Below, piece by piece: positions 1 through 11,733 of a stretch of DNA of 64,000 bases. The translations under genes were made by a program, and so were the position numbers. The notes under the pieces were generated by a model. The model did not search any database. It worked only from the letters and a program-made list of their open reading frames with translations, and was not told the origin of the DNA. Source of the DNA: Dicyema japonicum (taxonomy: Eukaryota > Animalia > Dicyemida); NCBI GenBank assembly GCA_011109175.1, contig RDEW01000050.1, positions 212,694-276,693 on the forward strand, in the 5' to 3' direction. Positions within the stretch are counted from its first letter, which is position 1; each line of letters opens with the position of its first letter.

Positions 1-66
1 GAATGTCGTCAATACAACAAGAATCGTACATTAATCACAACTCTCACATGTAAATAAATAATATTA

Positions 67-1073
67 TCAGTCTAACTCTCTCCCAATTCTCAGCCATTCG
101 GGAACTACGGGGACACTAACCTTGTGGTGAAAACTTCCATCATCACTATCAGACGAACTTGTAAACAAAGAATCGCGTGATTTTAATAATTTTCTGGCAT
201 TCACTACAGCAAGAATATATTCTTCAAGAACTCCAATGACGGTCCCAATTTTGTGTCCATCAGCAGAACAGACAGGGTATTCAGGAAGGACCGGGTTCTT
301 CAAATCCCTCCTTACTAAAAACCACAAAAACCTCTCAAATCTAAGACCAACCACAAAACGAGTCGGTTTGGAAAAGGTCACAAATTTAGCAACAAACTCC
401 TGTCCAATATAGCATCCTTTATCATTTGAGACTACAAAAGTAACCTCATAATTCAACTAGCATTGAGTAAATCAAAATTAAGAGCAAATGGGCGGTATTC
501 TCCAATGGGGATCTCTTTGATCCCTTCAGCGACTCCTATCGAATATCGCGTTCGAGTATACTCCTCGTCGTCACCACTAAAGCAGTAATAATTAAATAAA
601 CTGATCCGTAACATTTTCTCGAATACTTCTAAATCCGAGACCATCCACACGTGGATCCCTGACAGACATCAAACCACGTGGTGATTCGTTCGGACTCCAA
701 CAAATATTCAAATTATCAACAACATCAATCTCAAATATTAATAAAATAATACAAAAACGTGTTTTCTTAATTTGTACTTCATAATATGCTTTAACAGAGA
801 ATCGTGCACGTGCAAGTCATAATCGAGGAAATAATCCTGGTTTAATTTATAGATAAACAAGTCAAACATTACATAACCCTGAATTTATGGCAAACAAAAC
901 ATTAATATTAAGAAAGCACGTGTACATTGCTGCCATATTTTTCAATTTCGAGATATCATTGGTTTGAAGTCCCTGAAGAAACGACAATGCATCATTCCAT
1001 ATATTTTGGTAATTTTTCGACCGCTTAATTTTCTTATTTGTTTGAAAGTATTAAATGCAACAGAAAATGACAT
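67..1073 (-). CDS. IBA57: IBA57/CAF17 (YgfZ family) mitochondrial Fe-S assembly transferase, multi-exon
   Basis: Spliced reading gives DALSFLQGLQTND, KYKLRKH, DPRVDGLGFR, RYSIGVAEG, LNFDLLNAIS and the family signature KGCYIGQE. Introns of 22, 25 and 26 nt traced. A 1-nt frameshift near 996 (GGAATGAT where GGA AAT GAT is expected). Confidence 0.9.
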
Positions 1074-1139
1074 AAGTTAATTTAATTATCAATTAAATAA
1101 AATTATAAAATCATTTAATTGGAATTAAATATAAAAAAA

Positions 1140-2598
1140 TTAAATTCAAGGGACGAGTCTTTCCAACTGGTATCAGTTGAGACCTCAAAATTCACTGTTC
1201 CGTTGGCACTTTTGACGCCAACAGGAACTTGCTTCGAGCTCTCCTTTTTGCAAATCGAACTGACCTTGCTCTCGTCCAGGAATCCAAACTCTCGCCCTCC
1301 ACGCCAACACCTTCTTTCCTCAGTTACACAGTGATCCGTAAGGACCATCAGGGAAGACCAGGTGGAGGCCTACTCACAATAATAAATAACGGCATACCCT
1401 TCATTGACGTGAGTCGACGGACCTCAGAACTTTTGGTCTCATACGATACCATGGACCAGATTACCATCAAAATTGAGATATTCCTGTCTCTTTGAAATAA
1501 TTTGATTAACCTATACATTCCGCCAAAAAGACCTGCCAAAAATCCTATAGCTTAAACCTACCTCGTCTCTCAGCACTAAAGAACGTTTTAATATGTGCCG
1601 ACCCTAATGCCCGCACCTCGTTTGGCGTGCTTCACAGTCCTCTGACTGCCTAGGCTAGTTAATCGCAAATATTCTTATTGATATGATTGAGGAGCACTAG
1701 TAGCTGCATTTCTCCCTATTTAACCTCATGTTCACTCTCTTTAGCAGGACTTGATACATGGAATGTGAATTATGGTTTTTCCAGCAACCATAATCCTATC
1801 CTTCTTATGTTAAGAAGATTTCGGAGACACCGGACGCAGACTGAAACGAAAAGTTTCGAGAACTATAAGAAGGTTGACCGGTCTGGCTTCTCTGACTTCG
1901 TTGACATGGAATTGGTCACAGGACTCTCGTCTCATATACGCCCGATAGGTGAAGCCGCAAAAATCATCAGTGTGATCATTCAAAAGGCTAACAACATATT
2001 TATTCCTCTCTCATCATACACGAATTTTATCGCTTTTCACAACAGAACGTCGTTCAAAAGAACATCCAAGAATTTTCATTGGTCTAGTCCAAAATCTCCC
2101 TCAATTCTCTGATTAATGTACGACAGGCTGTTTCAACTCCCATGCGAAGAAAGTCATCACTTAAGGCCTGCAGAAGTTGAACGTTGTATGCGCGCTTTTC
2201 CGAAGGACTCTGTTACAACATTTTACCGGCAAACTTTCACCCCGGCTGTGGAGTATTCCTCTGTTGCGTGGAGATTCGCGTTATCATGGACTATGCTCCA
2301 CAGACTCAATTCAATATATTGAAAAACTATCCATATGATGGGCCCACATACTCGCTGATCCGGATTCCTTCGAGTCTGTAAGGAGGATGGAAATCCGCTT
2401 AGCTTGTCTGTTTCTAAGGCAAAAGAAAGTCGATTGGTTAGGAAGTTCCCCTCCTCAATCGGATTCATCTGCAGGGGTAGAGAAAGCTCTTTCGCAAGGT
2501 AGTGGGAAGTGGGAGACCAAAGACGTTGGACAGCTCGTTTGTTTGCAGGAACTGAGAGTACCTAACTTTCTCTGTGATCCCGGGGTTCTAAGTAAATA
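1140..2598 (+). mobile_element. Ingi/Vingi-like (I/Jockey group) LINE, internally deleted and degenerate
   Basis: APE endonuclease motifs (LALVQESKL, RKDHQGRPGGGLLT, SNHNPI) join near 2110 to the post-RT motif FYRQTFTPAVEYSSVAW and a 3' tail ending ggggttctaagtaaataaa; no RT core seen. Confidence 0.7.
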
Positions 2599-3089
2599 AA
2601 GGAAAAACTTACCTAGATCGAGCCACAATAGCATCCAATGTTCGTAAAATGGCAATTAACTGAGAAGAAAGTCATACTTGTGTTATTTACATTCGTATTT
2701 ATGTTGTATTCTCTTGAATCTCCATAGACTCATTTGTCAAGTAAATTGCACAATGTGAGTTTTCAGTTTCTTTGACTTTATTTTATCTTTGCAATGTATA
2801 TGCAAATACTATGTAGTAAGCCATTAAGGTTCAAAATTCGATCATATCTTGTTGCAAAGTAGTCGAAAGTTTCCACAAAATTATTAAATAATAAATTAGT
2901 CTTTTGTGATACATAGCATCAGTTCAGATCTATGGGAAGTCGTTCCAGTGCGATAAAAATTTTCAGTTGAGGAATTTTTAAAGAAAACAATTTATTACGA
3001 AACAAGACAATCAAAATAATCCAGCTGGTAGAATTGAATGGCTGTTTCCCCTGACAACTGATAGAGAAATCCTTTGGAACAACTATACG

Positions 3090-5560
3090 GTTTCCCTACG
3101 CTCATTGCCAACTTTCGAAATCATTGACCCAATCGATCTTAGAAAAAAGATCGTTTGAGCCCGAAGACTTCACTCTTCTCGACAACAACGGCCTGAACAT
3201 GGAATTTTGTGGAGAGGCTGTCGTATTTTTTATCTTGAAATTCTCGAAAGTCCGAACAGCCTCCCCAGCTTTCAACGCGGACCCAGCAAGTCTCGACTGA
3301 GAAAACGTTTTGGTACAGACCCCATCCCAGATCAAGCATTTCCCTCAAGAAAAAAGGAAGACAGATATCCCGTCTGGGCCCTTTCCATCTCCACGGTCCA
3401 GGCCCATCGGTTCCAGAAATGGTGAGAATCCAGCCGCCTCAAAAGAGCGCTTCACACCCCATTGATGGGTGTATGCCTTAAGAACCGTCCCCTGTTGAGA
3501 CAGCAAGAGAGCGGGTGAAGTCCTTTGCAATCAAAAACAGATCCACAACGGCATGGATGAGGCTGGCACAGGTCGATACTTGAGACGGATAAAAATTCCA
3601 CTCGTCCTGTTCCATAAGGGAACCAGTTGACGATGACGGAAACGCGTTCAGCCAAGCACCGCTGTGAAGGGAAGAGGCTGCCAGAATGCAAGCCCTACGG
3701 CGCAAGTCTTCCTTTTACATGAGGGTCGAATGAGTATTTTTGTACAAAATGTTGGTCCATATCCTCAGTAGGTGTGTATCAAGAGGGGTTTCTCCGAAAG
3801 CCACTGACCAGCTCTTCAACCCATCAGCCAGAGCCGACTTGCAGAAATCTGGAAGAATTGTCCGGATGAGAAATGCTTTGCAAGATAAAGAGGACATGAA
3901 GGATGGTAAGGAAACGTCCACAGCAGAAGTTAGGTTGATGCCCACAAATCTGACATGTAAAAAAGCTTGATTCAATCCAATTTTATCGAAATTTATATTA
4001 ACAATTTCTTTAATAGTCCCGAAAATAAGAATGTTGAGATTCTTCAGGTTTTCCGTATAGAGGTAGCAAGGAGAAGAACGTGCCAAAAACATTAGCTTTG
4101 GAAGGAAAAGATAATTATTCAATAGCAAAAAAAACTCAGTATGTGGATCAAGTTCATTCAGGTGGCTCCAATAATCTCCGAAAGATTTTTTATTTCGAAT
4201 ACGAGGGATAATCTCTTTGGAAATGGGGGAGCCCAATACTATATGGTGTGAATTAAAGAATTCATCATGCGAGAGTAACAGATTACAAATTTCAGATTAA
4301 CTCGCATTAATCTCGAGTCCATAACTGTTAAGATTGGAAAGAAGTATTTCAAGACTTTTTATAACCGTCTCGGAAGATCTATCGATCGTAGCATCGTCCA
4401 GATACCAACAATTGAAAACCATAATAGACGAACTGAAGGCGTTGGAAACTTCCAGCTTCACAATAATCCCAGGGTTATCCTCTACAAAAGTTCACAAAGG
4501 AACGAGTGGCATGAATGGCCGATTTTCACCCCACTCCGAGTTACAAGTTTCAGTTCAGAAGACAGATCATCAATGACACGACAGCACGAAAGTTTTGAAG
4601 CAAGTCTTCGGAATAGGTTCTCAACATCAATAGGCCTCACTCCGCCACCAGGCTTCGAGAAAGGAAACCACAAGGCAGAAAAAAGAATTCACGGGCGATG
4701 GGAGAGATATTCACGGATGCAAACAGTTTTAAGAGTTCGGTTAATGATGATACAAGGTGAGCTCCCGCCTCAAAAGTTAAGAATGACGAAAGGTCGCTAC
4801 TGTCTGGTAAGAAGGATTTGAACCCAGCATTACATCTGATTCGGTAAACAAAACGAGGAGGGGGTAGTCCAATGGGATTGAAAATTCTCTCAGATCTAAT
4901 GGAGAGGGAGGATGTTTATTCTCCAAGGTAGAAATGACTTCCAAAGTGACTGAGAAGACGGTTTGGTTGAAAACAATGTCCTAACTGCTACTAGGACGTC
5001 TTCATCCATTAGTTTTGCAGCAACCGCTTTCATAAGAGAAAACCTTTTGTCTCCGTGATAAGGTACTATCGAGAGGGAAGAAAAAAAAGATTTCCATCCT
5101 TAAATGACTGAATAGATTTCCTAAAAATTGCAGCAGTAGAAACTCCTCGACAATTACAGTCCAATCCAAGTGAAAGAGAAATAAGGAAATCCAATCCATG
5201 GTCTCCAAAGATGAGGTAGACTTGTCAATAACGCGGGCAAGAGCCTCGACCGCCACCATCCTCACGGACCTTGGGATCCTCAAAGGAATACGTCTCTGTA
5301 CTCGTAATCTCGACGCAAGAAGTAAAAGACGAACGTACCGACCCAGAAACAAGGACAGACATATTGAGAGATTTAGTAAATCCAAAAGGGAATCAAATTT
5401 TTTGGGTCTTAGACAATCGGGCCAAATCCAAGAAGACAAAGGTTTCAAGGAATTTCTCCACAACCCAACACATCCCAAGTGGAAGAACAAGGAACAATCA
5501 AAACAATGGATCCCAACCTTTCGCTTGTTACCAAGGGAAGAAACGTTGCAGGGAATTTAT
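3090..5560 (-). mobile_element. CRE-clade RLE non-LTR retrotransposon, near full length, degenerate, with N-terminal PHD-like finger
   Basis: N-terminal CNVS..HCFDC..FHLGCVGL..WPDC; RIPRSVR; RT-proximal SKPGGGVRPI; GAWLNAFPSS; CRCGSVFDCKGLHPLSC zinc finger; KGPDGIS and WDGVCTKT of the RLE domain. Confidence 0.8.
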
Positions 5561-5759
5561 TCCCTAATGATGAAGTCATCCATAAACGGCATCGCCCTCA
5601 GATTAATAAACTTCTATAGGCAGAAAGACATTTCAATCAAGTCCACTAGCTTAAAAGAAAAAAGCTTAAAAGAAAGTAACCTCCTTAATTGTCCTCACTA
5701 TTATGTTCCAATAGAGATCAGACCACCAAAGTCTTGCATCGATAAATGAAAGCGCTAGT

Positions 5760-6060
5760 TGGTTCAGAGATTTCTCTTCCACTTTCTTTGAAATACCATT
5801 GGATAACTACTCCACGAGAATAGGGGTCTACGTCCGCGCAACACTGTAGATACTGAAAGATGGTCGATACTAAAGGTCTTCATGCCTTTTCCTGCCACAG
5901 GAGCGCTGGAAAGAATCCAAAGCACCGAGCAAACAATAGAGTTATTGAGTGGAGACTATAAACCGCCGGATTCCCAGTTCAGCTAGAGGCTCTCGGACTG
6001 GCCTCAGCCAACAAAAGACCTGACAGGACAACACTCTTCTCATGGGAAATCGGATATAAA
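5760..6060 (+). mobile_element. CRE-like RLE-domain fragment
   Basis: VDTKGLHAFSCHRSAG, GFPVQLEALGL, KRPD..TLFSW in one frame with stops. Confidence 0.65.
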
Positions 6061-6229
6061 ATAAGAAAAAGTAACGAATCAAAGTAAAGCATGTATTATC
6101 TTAAAACGAAGAGATGAGTAGTTTATAATTTCTGTACGGTTCAAGGAGATTTTGAGAACGAAGGAAAAAAAGAGTAAAAGGAAAAAACCTTTTACCACAT
6201 AACCAATGGTAAGAATTATGCCATCTTAC

Positions 6230-6760
6230 TTTGTCAAAGAAGTGCAGGACGATTCCCAAGACACAAGGCGATCAACGGAATTGTCAAGCGAGTCCTGGAG
6301 TCTGCGGGATACCCAGTCATACTAGAACCTGTTGGCCTGGACAGAGGAGACGGAAAACGTCCCGACGGGATCACAATTTTTCCATTCGAAGAGGGGAAAC
6401 CTTTGGTCTGGGACGCTACTTGTGTCGACACGCTTTGCCCGTCCAACATTGTCGGGAGCGCGGTAGACACACTGTTTTCCGCGGAAAAAACGATGAGGGC
6501 AAAGGAGAAGAAATACAAAGCGCTACGCGACCGATTCGCGTTTTATTCGATAGTGGTCTAGACAACTGGAGGAATAAGTGGAAAATCGCTTCGCTTCCTA
6601 AAGAAACTTGGACGCTTAGCTACACTAAAAAGACACGACGCACGTGAGACCCAATGGCTACTCCAGTTGATCTCTGTTGCAATCGTGAGAGGCAACGCAA
6701 CGTCGATAATGTCGGCGGGGTCCACTTTGTATGGATGGCAGTTTTAAATAAAAGAATAAA
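6230..6760 (+). mobile_element. CRE-like retrotransposon 3' fragment
   Basis: RRPDGITIFPFEEGKPLVWDATCVDTL, KEKKYKAL, ISVAIVRGNA and an A-rich tail; closely related to the reverse complement of 61910-62270. Confidence 0.8.
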
Positions 6761-6799
6761 TTTGTGTTTAAACTTTAACATTTGAAATTAAATTTATCC

Positions 6800-7620
6800 G
6801 TCAAATGAACAAAAGAGCAAAAATAAAGAATTTGTTTAATAAAAAATTTACGCCCAATCATAACTATAGCATAAAACATATTAGTTAACTAACTTTGGCC
6901 TCACTAACATGTAAAAGACCAGCAGCTATTAAGTGGACGCAGAAATGCCGGTCGCTCTCCTATATAAATTTGTTATGTGGTTCACTTAAAGAAAATTGGA
7001 TAGCAGTTTCAATTTGACGACTAAAAGAACCACAATACTCACCTGTCAATCTTTTCAACAACCTCTGGGAAGTCGAACTGGATGATGACGGGTATCGAGA
7101 GACGCAAAGCATTTGCTACAGAGATAAAACATGTGAACAATCAAAAACCAATAAACAACTTTTAAGAGAAACTCTAAAATTTAATACCCACAAAATCTAT
7201 TAACTCAGGAGACAAAGTAGTAATGCCGATCATTTAAACGATCTTGATGCTTCTATAAGTAAACGCAAGAAATCTGCAACAACGTGGTTCTTTTGGGCTT
7301 TATAGAGCAGCGATATTAAATTTAATGAGTTCAGTCTAGATTTTAGTTAGAAATAATTTTATTGATTAAAAATTTTCTGGAATGTAATTTATGTGATTAA
7401 TAAATTATTGAAAGTTATCTTTCGTGAGAGCTATCCAGATTCTCGTCCACTGCGGATATGACCTACCCATGCCGGTCTGTGTCACTGTTATGAATTTTCT
7501 TTCCTTTAAACCGGTGATCATGAGAAAACAATAATAAATTGTCACAAAAATTGCGACAAAATATAAAAAATCTCTAAAAGGTATTTTTATGAAAACAACA
7601 AGATTATTCAAGCTGAGAAT
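6800..7620 (-). CDS. Possible intron-containing membrane-protein gene, unidentified
   Basis: Hydrophobic ORF 7405-7611 plus tiny-intron-like GT-AG segments (e.g. gtgagtattgtggttcttttag); no continuous frame could be closed. Confidence 0.25.
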
Positions 7621-7920
7621 AGATAATAATTACCGTATAGTTTAATGATTAAGATATTATTACAATCACATTAAAATTGTAGATTATTTTGTTATTATTT
7701 TTAATACAATAATTTTCTTGAACTGGTCAGCCTTCTATTTCTCGGCTGCAACAAGAATACTTGACAGATCTGAAGGAGTACCCGATTTGGGAAGGGGGTA
7801 AAAATGAATAAAAATAAATGTTTATTATGTAAAATAATTGAAATTTAGAATTTGAAACTGATTAATGCACGCAATCAAAGAGTTTATATATAGATAATCC
7901 CGATCCGGTAAATATTTAAT

Positions 7921-10692
7921 ATGAATGGTGATTGATTTGGTTGAATTATATTATAGACAAAGAGGAGTTAGTCGGAAAGGAAGAATATTTACAATATAAA
8001 GAATTTGAAGAGAATTTATTAATAGAAAATTTCTACGTAGACAAAAAACAATGTGCTGAGGCTGATTTAGACAAAACAGAAGAGGATACAAATGTCATTG
8101 CTGAAGAATATTTGGAGTATAATGAACATATAGAGGTTGTAACAGAGGATATGAAAGACTCAGTTGAAGAATATTCGGAGTATAATGAACATATAGAGGT
8201 TGTAACAGAGGATATGAAAGACTCAGTTTGAAGAATATTCGGAGTATAATATGAAATATAGAGGTACTGTTAACAGAGGATAATGAATAGACTCAGTTGA
8301 AGAATATTCGGAGTATAATGGAACCATATAGAGGTTGTAACAGAGGATATGAAAGACTTCAGTTGAAAGAATATTCGGAGTATAATGAACCTGAACAAAT
8401 TATACCAGAGGATACAAATGTCATTGTTGAAGAATATTCGGAGAATAATGAACCTGAACGAATTATACCAGAGGATACAAATGTCATTGTTGAAGAATAT
8501 TCGGAGAATAATGAACCTGAACGAATTATACCAGAGGATACAAATGTCATTGTTGAAGAATATTTGGAGTATCATGAACATATAGAGGTTGTAACAGAGG
8601 ATATGAAAGACTTAGTTGAAGAATATTCGGAGTATAATGAACCTGAACGAATTATACCAGAGGATACAAATATCATTGTTGAAGAATATTTGGAGTATCA
8701 AGAACCTTTGAAAATTGTAACAGAGGATATGAAAGACTTAGTTGAAGAATATTCGGAGAATAATGAACCTGAACGAATTATACCAAAGGATACAAATGTC
8801 ATTGTTGAAGAATATTCGGAGAATCATGAACCTTTGAAGAATTGTAACCAGAGGATACAAATGTCATTGTTGAAGAATATTTGGAGAATAACGAACTTGA
8901 ACAGATAGTACCAGATTGTGCTGAAATAGTTAAGTCAACTAACGAGATTTTTCATGACAAAGAAAATGATGAGGAATGTACTATTTTTGACCATCTATAG
9001 GTGAATATTCACAAATGACCGAAACTGTATCCAAAGTCTACATCTCTGGTTTTGAGTATTTTGATATAGATTCAGCTAAAGAGCCAATACATTTCGGGAA
9101 AATTGCAAATATTGAATCAAAACAACCTCAGAAATATGCTTCTGTTAAAATTGAAGATTCTATCAAAGAAACGATAGTTTCTGGTATTTACCTGTAAAAT
9201 AATCGAGATGAAGTTCTACAAGGTTACGCAGACCTTCGCTTCTCTGTTAATAAGGATAAATTTTGTATTAATTTAGATAATTTGTTAGTATTCCCACAAC
9301 AAAAGAGAAAATATGGTATTCGATTTCTTTTATTTTAAACGCAGACCCTGTTGAATCCCAAAATAACCAATCTTCTGGAAATAATTATTTTGAAAATTTT
9401 CAACGTTTTCATTTATATAATTCTTAGGGGTCTTATTGGAATTCAATCAAGTCATGGGCTTAAACGTTCCGGTTTTAGCTGAGTCATCGGGAATTATGGA
9501 AAACATTGGTTCTTTTTTTATTTATATTAAGAGTCCAAAGTCGAACGTTGTGAAATAAGTACTGAAGAGGCAGTCGTGGACGGATCGTATAAATTTACTA
9601 AAAGTCAGCAAATTAATGGTTTTATTGTATTTCATTCAAAAGAATTGTCAGAAATAAATGAACTAAGGGATGTTAAGAAGGGTAATGATCATTCTGTAAT
9701 AGCTTCTAAAGGAGATGTTTCGTTTGAACCAAAAACTAATCTGCGTTATTTCGAAGAAATGCCTGAAGTCTGTATTTCAAACATAAATAATGAAATGTCT
9801 CCTGATCTCACACGGAACAGTGAAAGAACTTCAACGTCATCCAAAGAAGTAATCGATCCCTTAATTATGCAAGGTTTTTTGTGTAACATTGTTTTAGAGA
9901 CGATCTGTAATGCCTCGGTGGAACTCCCAACTGGTTTGGTTTGGTTTTACTTTGTTAGCTCGAAGTGTGACCGAATGCAACCTTGGGAAAGTTGTAAAAT
10001 ATTTATTCTTAGCTTTCTCCACGTCGTCTGTTGATTGTGGGTACCGATAATTGCGGAAAGTCGTCCCTTATCAATGAAATGGCAGAATCTCCAAAATGTA
10101 GGAAAAACTCAAAGGTGATTTGTCGGAATATTTGTAGTACCAGTACGTCCCCTGTTTTATCGAAGATTCCACTCTGGGAAAGATCAAATTTAGTGCAATA
10201 GAAATACCAAGTTGTGGGTTAAATCACATAGATGATCAAAATTATATCTCAAACTCATCCCTTTATAAAAATGCGGACGGGTATATAATCTGCACGGATT
10301 CTATTACGTCGGGATCTTTGGAGATTGTCCATAGACTGAAGAAGGCTGTAGATGACAGATTATATAATAAAGATTCTACCCCCAAAATAAGTCTGTTGGC
10401 CATCACTAAAGTTGGGTTATATTTAAAGCATTAGAGTGATCAAATGATAATAACTTCTCAACAGAGTAAAGGCTTGGATTACTTTTGTGATTGTGAGGGG
10501 TTAACCTGTGGGTGGATTCACACTTCGGTTAAAACTGGGCTTAATGTTAAAAATGCTTTCTATCAAATAATTTCTGAGGTATATATTATTCTGTGTAGTT
10601 TTCAGTTATTACTTAAAAATGTCCCCCGCCGTGAATTCGCTGAAAGTGTCATCTCAGAAAATTCTCGGTCACCGAAACGCAGATTTTGTTAA
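7921..10692 (+). CDS. Large protein: N-terminal acidic 21-aa tandem repeats, unique middle region, C-terminal atypical Rab-like GTPase (Rab32/38/29-like features)
   Basis: Removing 21-29 nt introns gives one frame from ~8880 to the TAA at 10692: G1 GTDNCGKSS (10040-10063), LYKNADG, G4 TKSD, G5 TSVK, terminal RRFC. The repeat region 8220-8880 carries indels, so the link to the ATG at 7921 is inferred. Confidence 0.75.
8085..8910 (+). repeat. Coding minisatellite of 63-bp units in two variants
   Basis: Unit A EEYSEYNEHIEVVTEDMKDSV and unit B EEYSENNEPERIIPEDTNVIV, about 13 units. Confidence 0.95.
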
Positions 10693-10769
10693 TTACCAAA
10701 CTATTACTTTACTCTATCGTTAATTCGCTACCAATTATGCTATATGATTAGAAATAAACTTAACAATCG

Positions 10770-11090
10770 ATGTTATCACCATCGACACGTGTGATTCCGG
10801 CAAATCTCTAGTCCAAGTTTGATGGAGATGTGTACAGTATCGTCATCAAAGTGGATCCCAACGCTTTCGAGCGGGATGAAATTGATCCAAGCGGCACTCC
10901 CCTCGCATCTTCCAGTGACTAGACAGGTGTGTCGATGTTGGTTTGATTGATTCAGAAGCCTCTCATATCGCAGATGGACATCTTAGATGCGTGAAACATT
11001 CAGCCGGAATGTATAACAGCGAGAGTAGAACTAGGGGCCATCAGGCCTTTTTCCCAGCACTCGTCACACTGCGCCACCCAGCAAAGGCAA
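10770..11090 (-). mobile_element. CRE-like fragment
   Basis: Nucleotide similarity to 62330-62500, e.g. the shared cgcatcttccagtgactagacagg. Confidence 0.65.
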
Positions 11091-11733
11091 CTTTATGGGT
11101 TTTAGTCACTCATTTCGTTAAGAATGCTTAGTTTGCTTTGAATCTCACTAATAATATTTTCTTTAAGTGGAAGGCCTTGTTTATATGATCTTTGATGATC
11201 AGTTTGCAATGTTCTCGTAGCCAGATTTTATAATTCGGGGGTGGTATTCGTGTTGACTGATCTGTTTAATATATCAACTATTAATGACTGGGGATCAATG
11301 AGCATTAGTTCTATGGTGGTGATAAAGGCATTTGATTTTCGAGTTGCCGGCCATTGAGATTGCTCGTCGGATGGCTTACTAAGTAAAAACGAGAAAGTCA
11401 TTTATTAGGCTTAATCTTCTTTAGATAGACTTGGTGGAGCTTAGATAATCCCGTCCAATGTCAAAACCACAGGAATAATTCTCACATGAGCATCGTATAT
11501 CATGCTTAATTCTCCAACGAGCAAGTCATATTTGTGTAGCTTTTCCACCTTTATATGCTTGAGTGCATCTTGTAAGGTGATTCCAACTTCTATAATCACA
11601 ATCTCATCCTTCAGTTTGTCATACACGAAAATGTCTGGCTTATTGTGCTGAACTTCGGATTTCCACCTCTGAGTCGTAACAATTGATCGAACTGAGTTTG
11701 TTATTAGACGTTAGATTTTTTGATGCTATACAT

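Noticed and set aside
990-1000. Programmed frameshifting or RNA editing in IBA57 (and the NR5 LBD frameshifts at about 53090, 52800 and 52678)
   Set aside because: Single-base indels, mostly in or beside homopolymers, plus an indel cluster at 8220-8370, fit consensus errors; DLST and eIF4E are clean. Raw reads or cDNA would be needed to claim more.
2640-3090. Host gene on the minus strand
   Set aside because: Only short frames and one donor-like site; insufficient support.
5198-5749. 183-aa plus-strand ORF as a gene
   Set aside because: It is antisense to the CRE element's PHD and RIPRSVR region. Many other ORF-track entries are likewise antisense shadows of TE ORFs.
8085-8910. CRISPR-like or non-coding satellite array
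   Set aside because: Contiguous 63-bp (21-codon) units with no unique spacers, in a eukaryotic coding frame.
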